64,000 nt of DNA from Patescibacteria group bacterium (lineage in GTDB: Bacteria; Patescibacteriota; WWE3; UBA101185; UBA10185), in contig JAUMAA010000002.1 in the NCBI GenBank assembly GCA_032117075.1, positions 24,005-88,004 on the forward strand. Direction: 5' to 3'. Every line of letters begins with the position of its first letter. The stretch's first letter is position 1. The notes beneath the pieces were generated by a model. That model was not told the DNA's origin. It was given only the letters and a program-made list of their open reading frames with translations, and ran no database searches. The position numbers and the translations under genes are program-made. This document shows, piece after piece, positions 39,384 to 48,861 of this stretch.

Positions 39384-40235
39384 TTATGAAATTTTTTTCT
39401 TTTGAAAGGAATCAAGTATTTTGATAGAGTGATCTATTTTTAAAAAATGTATTTTTTCTTTTTCTAAAATCTCAAATCCTGAAAAATTTTTCATAAATTT
39501 CTTCTGCATATCCATAAAAAAATTATCAATCAAATCAAGAGCAGTAGTATGATCCTTTGCTAATTCCTGCTCAACTAAATCTTCAAATTCAAAATTAGGT
39601 AAAAATTCTTTTACCCACTTATTCGCTGCTAAAAATTTAAAATAATAATTATCTTTATTTACTAAAGGCTGTAGCATAGCAATCTCATGTGCAACATAGA
39701 TATTTCTTTTTTCTAACTTCCAACTCATTGATTTAGAGGAAATATAAAAATTAGGACAAATCTTGTATCTTACATTCTCGTCATTCACATAAGAATTTAA
39801 TAATTTAAAAATTAAGACTGTGATTAGTCTTGTAATCCAGACCCTTCCTTCATCGCAAATGATAAATAAATCTATATCATCAGATGAATCTTCATAATTG
39901 TAGGAAGCCAAACTTCCGCTAATACCTGCAAATTTTATAAATGGGATTTTACTTAAGTAATATTCAATAAAATTAATTTCCTTAATTAGCTCTTTAGATT
40001 TTTGATACCTTTTTTCAAAATTTTTAATTTTAGTTTGATTTAGGTAATACACTCCGTTTTTAAATTTTATTTTCTTTTTTTGGAGTAATTCTTTTATAGA
40101 TTCATGTAATAAATTTCTATCTTCAAACTTACCATGTCCGAAATGTATAATTTGATTAATAGTCATCGGTTGTGTAAAAACCTTCTTATAGTGCAAAGTA
40201 TTTAAAATATAATTTTGATAATCGTTATTGCTCAT
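39384..40235 (-). CDS. Nucleotidyltransferase-fold protein
   Basis: GISGSLA....DDIDLF Pol-beta-type NTase motif. Confidence 0.7.
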   Translation of the reverse strand: MSNNDYQNYILNTLHYKKVFTQPMTINQIIHFGHGKFEDRNLLHESIKELLQKKKIKFKNGVYYLNQTKIKNFEKRYQKSKELIKEINFIEYYLSKIPFIKFAGISGSLASYNYEDSSDDIDLFIICDEGRVWITRLITVLIFKLLNSYVNDENVRYKICPNFYISSKSMSWKLEKRNIYVAHEIAMLQPLVNKDNYYFKFLAANKWVKEFLPNFEFEDLVEQELAKDHTTALDLIDNFFMDMQKKFMKNFSGFEILEKEKIHFLKIDHSIKILDSFQKKKIS

Positions 40236-40647
40236 CCAAAACTTTATTAACTAAAAAATCGGCTCTTTTATTTTTTTCCCTTCTCACATGTTCTATTTTA
40301 AAATTAGCAATCTTTTTAATCAACTCTTTACATTCAAGATAAAGTATTTTTAAATCCTCATCTTTTACTTTGTATTCTCCTTTTATCTGTTTTACCATTA
40401 ACTCTGAATCAGAATAAAGAGTGTAATTAGTAATTGTTAAATCTATATTACTTTCTTGAATTTTACTTACAATATATTTAAGTGCAGTAAGCAAAGCAGT
40501 ATACTCAGCTTTATTATTTGTAGAAATACCTAAGAATCCAGAACTAGAATATATCTCAATATTAGAATCGAAAATTACAAAAGCATAAGCTGAAATTCCT
40601 GGGTTTCCCCTCGAACCTCCGTCTGTGTAAACACTATACTGAACCAT
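40225..40647 (-). CDS. rnhA: Ribonuclease HI family protein
   Basis: YTDGGSRGNPG, TNN.AEY, DSEL, RE.N..AD. Confidence 0.92.
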   Translation of the reverse strand: MVQYSVYTDGGSRGNPGISAYAFVIFDSNIEIYSSSGFLGISTNNKAEYTALLTALKYIVSKIQESNIDLTITNYTLYSDSELMVKQIKGEYKVKDEDLKILYLECKELIKKIANFKIEHVRREKNKRADFLVNKVLDEQ

Positions 40648-41254
40648 TTTTAGTTTCCTTTACATAATTAAATAAAAATAAAATTGACAAACAAAAGAAA
40701 AAAGAAACAAAAAAATAAATAAAAGGAGATACAGAATTTTCAAAAGAGTTTGTAACCGTATCTAATCTTTCTAATTTAAAAACCTTTTGAGAGTTATACT
40801 TTTCAGCATAAAAAAGAATTTCCTTCTCATAAGTTAAAAACATTTTTTCTGAATTTTCTTTAGTATTAGACTTAACACTTAAAACCAAAACTCTAGGGAC
40901 TATCTCTTTAAAATTAGTGCTTAAATTTAAAATAAATAAATCTTGAAAAGTAATATTCTTTCCCAATTCTTCTGAAATTTTTTTCTTAAATTCAGGAGTT
41001 TCGATTAGACCAACTATGGTCTTCGAATAGCTTTGAGAAATTTGATCCAAGTAGTAACCGTCATAATCATAAACATTAGCACCTCCTTTAGAATTACTTT
41101 CAAAGTTAGGAATTAAAATAAATGTTCCTTCAGTGATGAAAGATTTGGGTAAAACAAATGAAAAAGATAAAAAAATAATACCTGCTAAGAAGGAGATTAT
41201 TAAATTTCTTTTCCAATTTTTAATAAGCAGTTTTTTAAACTCAGCGGTATTCAT
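40634..41254 (-). CDS. Wzz/CpsC-like chain-length regulator-type membrane protein
   Basis: TMs at both ends flanking an extracytoplasmic loop; start moved to ATG 41254. Confidence 0.55.
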   Translation of the reverse strand: MNTAEFKKLLIKNWKRNLIISFLAGIIFLSFSFVLPKSFITEGTFILIPNFESNSKGGANVYDYDGYYLDQISQSYSKTIVGLIETPEFKKKISEELGKNITFQDLFILNLSTNFKEIVPRVLVLSVKSNTKENSEKMFLTYEKEILFYAEKYNSQKVFKLERLDTVTNSFENSVSPFIYFFVSFFFCLSILFLFNYVKETKNGSV

Positions 41255-41338
41255 TGGCACTATTATATAGTATTTAAAATAAATTTAGGATTTCCCAACT
41301 TTAATAAATTACATTTTTCGTTTAAAATAAATTAAACT

Positions 41339-44299
41339 ATGCCTGTCCCAATTAAAAATAAAATCGAAGTCAAAAAAACATCTCTAGCCCCTATCTCAGT
41401 TATCTTTTTTGGAGGTAACTATTTAGGTTCCAAATTAGCTGAAAAATTACTAGAGAAAGATAGTAGAGTAGTCATCGTAGATAAATTTGACTCTGATAAA
41501 GAATTTCATTTTATCAGTCTAAGAGATAACCCAAAACTCTTAATGGTAAATGCTGATCTCGAAAAGGGAATCCCTCAGGAATTAAATACTGTGGATTATG
41601 TTTATTTTTTAAACTACTTTGATTACTTTAATAAAGATACCAAAGTAAAAATAATCGAAACAGCTCAATACACAAAAAACATCATTAATTTCTGTGTTAA
41701 GGCAGGGGCCAAATTTACTTTTGTCTCCAATATAGAGGTAAAAAATGAAAATCTAAGGAGATTATTTGATAATCAAAAGTTAATTCAAGAGATAATAAGA
41801 GAGTCAGAAGAGGCAAAAACACTTAATTTTAGGGAAATCTCATTACCTATAATTTACGGACCCAGAATGATTCTGGAAAAATCAGGTAGCTTGATTAAAA
41901 TTCTAGATGAATATATTAATGGAACAACTATTGTTTTAGATGACGATAACAAAAACAAAGACTATTATGTCTATGTAGATGATGCAGTAAATGCAATTAT
42001 TAAAGCAACATTCTCAGAAAACTCAAAAGATAAAGTTATTACTATTACTGAGAAAGAAGGAATCTCAGAAATGGAAATAGGATCTATCATTAAATCCTTA
42101 GCTACAAGACATTTAAATTTGGACTATGTTGAAAATAAGAACAAACTTAAGTGGGTTATTCCTAGTGAAAGAAATCTACACCTAATAGGTTATGCACCAA
42201 AAGAAACATTAAGAGCAGGAATAATAAAAACACTTTCATACTATGGATTAGAAACTAACACTTTTAGTTTCAAACCAGATAAATTGATTGAGGAAACAAA
42301 AGAGATAGCCTTACAAAATTTAAAAAAGAAACAGGTATCTGAGGATAAAATAGAAGAAATTAATAGTCATTCCAACGGATATACTAATATCTCATATCAA
42401 AAATATAAAAGATCAGCAGTAAAATCAAAAAAATCGGGAAGAAAAGGCGACTTTTGGTATATTTTACTAACGATTGCTTTAACCTTCTTACTTGTCTTTG
42501 TAATTTTTCCAATAGGAACTATTTATTACAATTACTCCAATGCAAAAAACAATATTTATGAATTGGAAAAAAAGTTAAGTGAGGGGGATTTGGTAAGTGT
42601 AAGAGAAATTTCTGATAAAACTTCAAAAGACATTGATAGTGCACTCAACAATTTTAGAAAATTTAAATCCCTCTTTTTGGCAGTTAGAAGTGAAGAAAAG
42701 TACAGAAATTACGAGGATCTACTCCTTTCTATCAAATCATTTAATCAAGGAATTAATAGTTTTACTTTCGGGGTTAGTCCTTATCTCGAGCTTTCAAAAT
42801 CTATTAAAGAAGGTAAGGAACTAAATCCATCCATTTTTAAAGATTCAGCAGAAAATCTTGCCGTCAGCTATGAATTTTTCGATGCTGCAAATAAAACTCT
42901 TATAAATAAACTTACTGATGTAGATTTTGGTAGTGAGGAAATTAATAGATACAAAAAAACTTTACCAAAAGTTGTAAAACTGAATGAAGTTCTCTTAGCA
43001 GTATCTAAGGATGCAGAAAGTATTTTTGGATTTAATGAACCAACAAAAATACTAGTATTGTTTCAAAACCAGGCCGAAATAAGACCAACTGGAGGATTTA
43101 TAGGTTCATATGGGGTAATCGAAATTTCTAAAGGAAAGATTCTTTCAATTAAAATTGACGATATCTACAACCCAGACGGACAGATTGATGTTAAAAAAAT
43201 AAATGTAGCTGCTCCTGAAAATATTAGAAAAGCATTAAATGAAAATAAATTGTACATTAGAAATGCAAATTTTATCTCGGACTTCCCAACTTCCGCAGAC
43301 AATGTTTCAAGTCTATTTCTCCAAGCAACAGGTGAAAAATTCGATACAGTAATAGCAATTGATTCAACATTTATTCAAAGTTATCTAAATAAGTTTGGGG
43401 GAATCTACTTAAATGCCTATGAAGAAGAAATAAATGAAGGTAACTTCATAGAGAGAGCTCAATTTCATAGTGAATTTAACTATAAAGAAGGGGTATCTGA
43501 GAAAAAATCATTTTTAACAAACCTAGGTTCTAAGATTTTAGAAAAATTTTTCGAGTTCAACTCCTCTGATATGGTTAGATTTAGTGACTCTGTGTATAAC
43601 TTATTAGAAACCAAAAATATACAAGTGGCTACTAAGTATCCAAATATTTCTAAATCACTAAAGAATCTAAATTGGGACGGATCTCTTGTACAAACTAAAG
43701 GTGATTATTTAAGAATCATTAATTCAAACCTAGGAGGAAATAAAGTTAATTATCTAACTAAAAATAGATACAAGTATGAGGTTCTTTCAATGACAAGAGA
43801 CGGACTGTTAAGGGGAAGGGTAACCGCTAATTATACAAATGATTCTAAAACAAAAGCTTGGCCTTACGGCAGCTTCATTAATTACTTTAAAGTAATAACC
43901 CAAAAAGGTACCAAACTGACTGGGGCTAAAGTTTTAATTGATGGAAAAGAAGAAAATATTTTTGGCAGCATCAAAGTCTCAGGTGAAGGTAATTACCAAA
44001 CATTTGAAGGTAATTTAGAGATAGAGCCGCAAAAAACTGCTGTTCTAATAGTAGAGTATGATCTCCCAGAAAATCTTTCCATTGTTAAGAATACAAATAC
44101 CAAATATTCTTTATACTGGCAGAAACAATCAGGGGAAAATAATGAGATAGAATTTGTCTTTAATCCACCATATGGCTATTATTTTGGGGATATAACCTCA
44201 AATACTTCCTACTCAAAAACCGCAGAAAGTACTAGTTTTATAACTAAGCAGGAAACAGACTATCAAATAAACATCGATTTGGTCAATCTTGCAAGGTAA
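41339..44299 (+). CDS. Degenerate NAD-dependent epimerase domain - TM - DUF4012 fusion
   Basis: GGNYLGS, IYGP, VYVDD in N-terminal part; QN.AE.R.TGGF.G, RNAN..DFP, N.GGNK in C-terminal part. Confidence 0.75.
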   Translation: MPVPIKNKIEVKKTSLAPISVIFFGGNYLGSKLAEKLLEKDSRVVIVDKFDSDKEFHFISLRDNPKLLMVNADLEKGIPQELNTVDYVYFLNYFDYFNKDTKVKIIETAQYTKNIINFCVKAGAKFTFVSNIEVKNENLRRLFDNQKLIQEIIRESEEAKTLNFREISLPIIYGPRMILEKSGSLIKILDEYINGTTIVLDDDNKNKDYYVYVDDAVNAIIKATFSENSKDKVITITEKEGISEMEIGSIIKSLATRHLNLDYVENKNKLKWVIPSERNLHLIGYAPKETLRAGIIKTLSYYGLETNTFSFKPDKLIEETKEIALQNLKKKQVSEDKIEEINSHSNGYTNISYQKYKRSAVKSKKSGRKGDFWYILLTIALTFLLVFVIFPIGTIYYNYSNAKNNIYELEKKLSEGDLVSVREISDKTSKDIDSALNNFRKFKSLFLAVRSEEKYRNYEDLLLSIKSFNQGINSFTFGVSPYLELSKSIKEGKELNPSIFKDSAENLAVSYEFFDAANKTLINKLTDVDFGSEEINRYKKTLPKVVKLNEVLLAVSKDAESIFGFNEPTKILVLFQNQAEIRPTGGFIGSYGVIEISKGKILSIKIDDIYNPDGQIDVKKINVAAPENIRKALNENKLYIRNANFISDFPTSADNVSSLFLQATGEKFDTVIAIDSTFIQSYLNKFGGIYLNAYEEEINEGNFIERAQFHSEFNYKEGVSEKKSFLTNLGSKILEKFFEFNSSDMVRFSDSVYNLLETKNIQVATKYPNISKSLKNLNWDGSLVQTKGDYLRIINSNLGGNKVNYLTKNRYKYEVLSMTRDGLLRGRVTANYTNDSKTKAWPYGSFINYFKVITQKGTKLTGAKVLIDGKEENIFGSIKVSGEGNYQTFEGNLEIEPQKTAVLIVEYDLPENLSIVKNTNTKYSLYWQKQSGENNEIEFVFNPPYGYYFGDITSNTSYSKTAESTSFITKQETDYQINIDLVNLAR

Positions 44300-44315
44300 C
44301 TTGACCCTTTCTTTA

Positions 44316-44344
44316 TTGACTTATATGGGTTTAGCGATTAAAAT
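44316..44344 (+). promoter_or_regulatory. sigma70 promoter of rplY
   Basis: TTGACT-17-TAAAAT. Confidence 0.65.
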
Positions 44345-44356
44345 TATGTTTATCTT

Positions 44357-45019
44357 ATGGAGTTAAAAGCAACAATCAGACAAATAAAAGGTAGCCAAGT
44401 TAAAAATCTTAGAGAAGATTTTAAAGTTCCTGCTGTTGTATACGGTTTAGGAAACCCTAGTGTTTCTCTAGAAATTGGATATAACGAATTTGTTAAAGTT
44501 CTTAGAGCTTCAGGACTAACATCATTAATAGAACTAAACATAGACGGGAATACTAAAAAAGTTCTTGTTAAAGAGGTCCAAAAGAACCCTGTTTCAGGAA
44601 AAGTTATCCATGTTTCATTTATAGAAGTTAATCTTAAAGTTAAAATTAAAGCGTATATCCCTGTAGTTGTAACTGGGGAGGAAGACTCTTCAGTTCTTAA
44701 ATCAGGTGAGGGAGTTTTAAATGTAATCAAACAAGAAATCCATGTAGAAGCACTTCCTACAGATTTCCCTCACGAATTTACAGTTGATGTCTCAGGTTTA
44801 GAAAATATTGGAGATGAAATTAAAATCTCTCAAATTGCTTTTGACAGAGAAAAAGTTTCCCTTGTTGACGACTCAGAAGACGACTTAGTCCTAAACATTG
44901 ATAGACCACAAGAAGAAGTAGCAGAAGAAACAACAGTTTCTGAAGAAGAAATGATTGCTAACCTAGAAGCTTCAAAAGAGAAGAAAGAAGATGAAGAATC
45001 TTCTGACGATGAAAAATAA
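44357..45019 (+). CDS. rplY: 50S ribosomal protein L25/Ctc
   Basis: VPAVVYG, KEVQ.NP...IHV.F, acidic tail. Confidence 0.93.
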   Translation: MELKATIRQIKGSQVKNLREDFKVPAVVYGLGNPSVSLEIGYNEFVKVLRASGLTSLIELNIDGNTKKVLVKEVQKNPVSGKVIHVSFIEVNLKVKIKAYIPVVVTGEEDSSVLKSGEGVLNVIKQEIHVEALPTDFPHEFTVDVSGLENIGDEIKISQIAFDREKVSLVDDSEDDLVLNIDRPQEEVAEETTVSEEEMIANLEASKEKKEDEESSDDEK

Positions 45020-45061
45020 TCTCAACTTTAAAATACTCACAAAATATAGTTAAATAGATTC

Positions 45062-46717
45062 ATGGTTGAAAATTTAAGCTCAAAACCAATTTCACAATTA
45101 CCAGAAGAACAAGAATCCACACAAAAATTATTCAACACCGAACAAACTGAAACACTTAATAAATCATTAAACCAAAGAGTACAGGAAGCTTTGGAGAAAA
45201 TTAAATCCAGACTCAAAGCATACCTGGAGAAGGATATAGTTAAACAAAAATTTATAGAGGGTAACTACGAAGAAATTTACAAAATGATTGAAGTATATCC
45301 AGAGGATATTCAAGAAAAAATCAAGGAAAGAGTTAATCAAGAATTAATTAAAAATCCAGATGTTGTAATAAGTAGATTTCCAAATAAAGCACTAACTGAA
45401 AGAGATATTTTTCTATATTCAACGAATGAAAATGGGGAGAGAAAACTTGAAACACAAAGAGTGACTTTAATTCTAGAAAAGTTAATTAACGAAAAAGATA
45501 TCAGAACATTAATTAAAAATTTGGATATTTTTCTTGAGTTGAGAGCAAAAGATAATCTAATAAAACTAATTCTTAGTGCTGATGAAAAAATTATACAAGA
45601 GGTGATAGTTAATGCTTCCCCTGAGATAAGAAAATTATATGAGGATAATTTTGAAAAAAAATATTTAAAAAAGGAATACATAGAAAAAGCAATTACTGGA
45701 GCTAGAGAAAAAGGTGAAAAAGCAGATTCAGAAGAGGAAAGAGACAAATATAAGAAAATAATTGAAGGCCTTGAGTACCTAAAAGATTATGAAAAGAATG
45801 TCAGGGAACACTGCAAAAAAATGAATGAGCAATATGGAATTTTTGATGAAGATACTGTTAACTACATGCTTGAATTAATACAGAAGTACCTTTCTCAAGG
45901 AAGTGTTACTTCAAAACTAGAAAAAATAGCTGGAGAACAAAATTTAAGTGTAGTAGAAATTCTTGGTTTTCTCCAAACACAAACAAACGAAGTAATAGAA
46001 GGGTACAGGCTATATTCAGTCAGACATTCAGATGAGATAAAGCATATTATAACCGGTAGAGGGGATCATGATAAAAATAGGCCAAATTTTAGAAGATTTA
46101 TTTCTAACAGCGAAAGAGGTGAATTGAATCTTAACTTTATTGGAGGAGGCAGTACAAAATACATTTATGAAACAGGACACTTTGGAGAAAAGTATGCCAA
46201 AAAGAAACACGGATCAAGAAATGTAACTTACGGTTTCTTAAACCCGGAAGAACAAATTAATGAAAATTTTGGCAAATTAACATATAGATCCGGAACAAGA
46301 AATTATAGAGTGGAACTAAAAGACGAGGTAAAAGATAGAGCAACCTTTACTTTAAACCAAGTTAGTAGCTATGAATTAAGTAATTTAATTGAGGGAACTA
46401 TAACCTCTTGGGTGAGATTACCTCACATTTCCACAGTACTTCGTTTCTACTTAGAAAACAATGGGAATTTACCTATTGATAGAAGTCTACAAAAATATTT
46501 GGTGGAAAAATACAAAGGAATTGATATTAATGGAGGAATAGAGGTTCAATACCATGGAGAAACTGGATCCGTTGATCAAATACAAACAATTATGTATCAC
46601 CATCAAATACCTGAGGAGAAAGCACAATTAGAAGAGTGGTTAGAGGAATGTGATTTACCAAACGATATTAAAGTAATCTCAGATTATGAAATACACCATT
46701 CGAGAAAAAGAAATTAG
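45062..46717 (+). CDS. Paralog of 35147..36982; divergent DUF3626-like domain
   Basis: Shared YPED, DEKIIQ, EYIEKAI, GLEYLK..E.NV..HC.KM...YGIF, TYGF, LKD.V..R, PHIS, QYHG.TGS.DQI. Confidence 0.65.
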   Translation: MVENLSSKPISQLPEEQESTQKLFNTEQTETLNKSLNQRVQEALEKIKSRLKAYLEKDIVKQKFIEGNYEEIYKMIEVYPEDIQEKIKERVNQELIKNPDVVISRFPNKALTERDIFLYSTNENGERKLETQRVTLILEKLINEKDIRTLIKNLDIFLELRAKDNLIKLILSADEKIIQEVIVNASPEIRKLYEDNFEKKYLKKEYIEKAITGAREKGEKADSEEERDKYKKIIEGLEYLKDYEKNVREHCKKMNEQYGIFDEDTVNYMLELIQKYLSQGSVTSKLEKIAGEQNLSVVEILGFLQTQTNEVIEGYRLYSVRHSDEIKHIITGRGDHDKNRPNFRRFISNSERGELNLNFIGGGSTKYIYETGHFGEKYAKKKHGSRNVTYGFLNPEEQINENFGKLTYRSGTRNYRVELKDEVKDRATFTLNQVSSYELSNLIEGTITSWVRLPHISTVLRFYLENNGNLPIDRSLQKYLVEKYKGIDINGGIEVQYHGETGSVDQIQTIMYHHQIPEEKAQLEEWLEECDLPNDIKVISDYEIHHSRKRN

Positions 46718-48825
46718 TACTCAGGCCAGTTAGAGGTAGCTAAAATATTTGATTTTTGTGTTGAATAAAGATTTTGCCAAATTTCTTCTGTTACAAAAGG
46801 CATAAAGACACTTAATACCTTTAAACAATCTTTAAAGATTAAATTAAGAAGCGGGTATAGTTCTTTATTGGTTTTAGTTTTTTCAATTACATCATCTGCA
46901 ATGTGATGCCACATGTATGCAAAAACCTCTTCAGCAGCATCTGAGAGCTTATAACTATCTAATTTAGAGGTAATACTCTGAATAAACTCTTTATGTGTTT
47001 TGGCAATTTCAAAATCTAAATTTTCTAAATCTTCTAATTCATAACTTTGGGTTAAATCAAATCCTTCTGGTTTTGAGAATTCAATAAATCTGGCCATATT
47101 CCAAACTTTGTTAGCAAAGTTTCTATTTCCAATGTATTTTGATTCAGAAAAATTCTGATCATTTCCAGCCGGTGTTCCCATAATCAAAGACATCCTAACT
47201 GAATCAACACCAAATTTTTCAATTAAGTCTAGAGGGTTAATAACATTTCCTTTTGATTTAGACATCTTTTGCCCTTTAGCATCTCTTACCAGACCATGCA
47301 AGTAAACATTTTGGAAGGGAACTTCCCCTGTCACATAAATTCCAAGCATAATCATCCTAGCTACCCAGAAAAATAAAATATCATAAGCAGTATCAAGCAT
47401 TGCTGTTGGATAAAAATGTTTGAAATCTTCTGAATCAGGGTAACCTAAAGTAGCAAATGGCCATTGACCAGAACTAAACCAAGTATCAAAAGTATCATCA
47501 TCTTGCTTAAAAGTATCACTCCCGCACTCACACATTTTTGGATTTAAATCGGTCGCAATTTGCCAATTTTTACAAATCAAGCATTCAAAAGCAGGAATTC
47601 TGATTCCCCAAACAATTTGTCTAGAGATATTCCAATCGATAATTTTATCTAACCACTCAAAATAAACATCTTCAAATCTTTTTGGATGAAATTTGATTTC
47701 CCCGTTAATAACTGCTTGCTTAGCTTTTGCAGCCAGAGGCTTAGTTTTAATAAACCATTGAGGAATAAGCATTGGTTCTAATACAGAACCACATTTATAA
47801 CAACAAGGAACAGAATTTTTATGAGGAACTATTTTTTCAATTAACCCTTCCCCTTCAAGTTTTTCAGCAACTTTTTCTCTTGCAGCATTTACTTTTAAAC
47901 CAACAAACTCTAAAGCAAAGTTATTTAACCTTCCGTTCTTCTCAACAACACTATTATATTTTTCAATACCATGTTTCTTAGCTAAAGCATAATCGTTAAA
48001 ATCATGTAGAGGAGTAACTTTTAAAACTCCGGTACCTAACTCAATTTCAACATATTCATCAGCAATAACTGGCATTAATTCTTTGGTCAATGGGTTTATT
48101 ACCTTTTTACCTACATAATTTTTATATCTTTCGTCCTCTGGATTTACAGCTAGACAAACATCTACAAAAATAGTTTCAGGTCTTACAGTAGCAACTGTTA
48201 AAAAGTCTTTAGTGTCTTCAATTTGATATTTAACAAAATAAAAATTTCCGTCTTTTTCTTTATGCTCAACTTCCAAATCCGAAAAGCTAGTTTCATGGAC
48301 TGTGCAATAATTTACCAATCTTTCTCCTCTGTATAATAAAGAATCTTGATTTAATTTTTCAAAAGTATTGTAAACAGTATTAATGATATGGGGATCTAAA
48401 GTGAATGTTTCTCTAGACCAATCAAATGAAAAACCCATCTTTTTTAATTGATTTTGCATATTTGATTTATTCTTTTGAACAAATTCAAAAATGTTTTTGT
48501 AAAAATCTTCTCTGGAGAAATCAAATCTAGACTTACCTAATGTGGTCAAATATTTTTCATAAACAACCTGTGTTTCAAACCCAGCATGATCCTCACCTGG
48601 AACCCAAAGAGAATTAAAACCAGACATTCTTTTATACCTAATCATAATGTCTTCGACTGTATAAAGAGCATGACCCAAATGCAGATCACCATTAGCATTG
48701 GGTGGTGGAAGTATTACTGTATATGGTTTTTTGGAAGAATCGACCTTAACCTGAAACGATTTTTGAGAATCCCAAAGAGAGATAAGTTTTTCTTCTACTT
48801 CTTTAAAATTGTAATTTTTCTCCAT
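46714..48825 (-). CDS. valS: Valine--tRNA ligase (short, no C-terminal coiled coil)
   Basis: PPPN.NG.LHLGH, DW.ISRQ, DTWFSS, KMSKSKGN. Confidence 0.96.
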   Translation of the reverse strand: MEKNYNFKEVEEKLISLWDSQKSFQVKVDSSKKPYTVILPPPNANGDLHLGHALYTVEDIMIRYKRMSGFNSLWVPGEDHAGFETQVVYEKYLTTLGKSRFDFSREDFYKNIFEFVQKNKSNMQNQLKKMGFSFDWSRETFTLDPHIINTVYNTFEKLNQDSLLYRGERLVNYCTVHETSFSDLEVEHKEKDGNFYFVKYQIEDTKDFLTVATVRPETIFVDVCLAVNPEDERYKNYVGKKVINPLTKELMPVIADEYVEIELGTGVLKVTPLHDFNDYALAKKHGIEKYNSVVEKNGRLNNFALEFVGLKVNAAREKVAEKLEGEGLIEKIVPHKNSVPCCYKCGSVLEPMLIPQWFIKTKPLAAKAKQAVINGEIKFHPKRFEDVYFEWLDKIIDWNISRQIVWGIRIPAFECLICKNWQIATDLNPKMCECGSDTFKQDDDTFDTWFSSGQWPFATLGYPDSEDFKHFYPTAMLDTAYDILFFWVARMIMLGIYVTGEVPFQNVYLHGLVRDAKGQKMSKSKGNVINPLDLIEKFGVDSVRMSLIMGTPAGNDQNFSESKYIGNRNFANKVWNMARFIEFSKPEGFDLTQSYELEDLENLDFEIAKTHKEFIQSITSKLDSYKLSDAAEEVFAYMWHHIADDVIEKTKTNKELYPLLNLIFKDCLKVLSVFMPFVTEEIWQNLYSTQKSNILATSNWPEY

Positions 48826-48861
48826 ATATTTGGAATTTTACTATATTTTAAAGGAATTATC

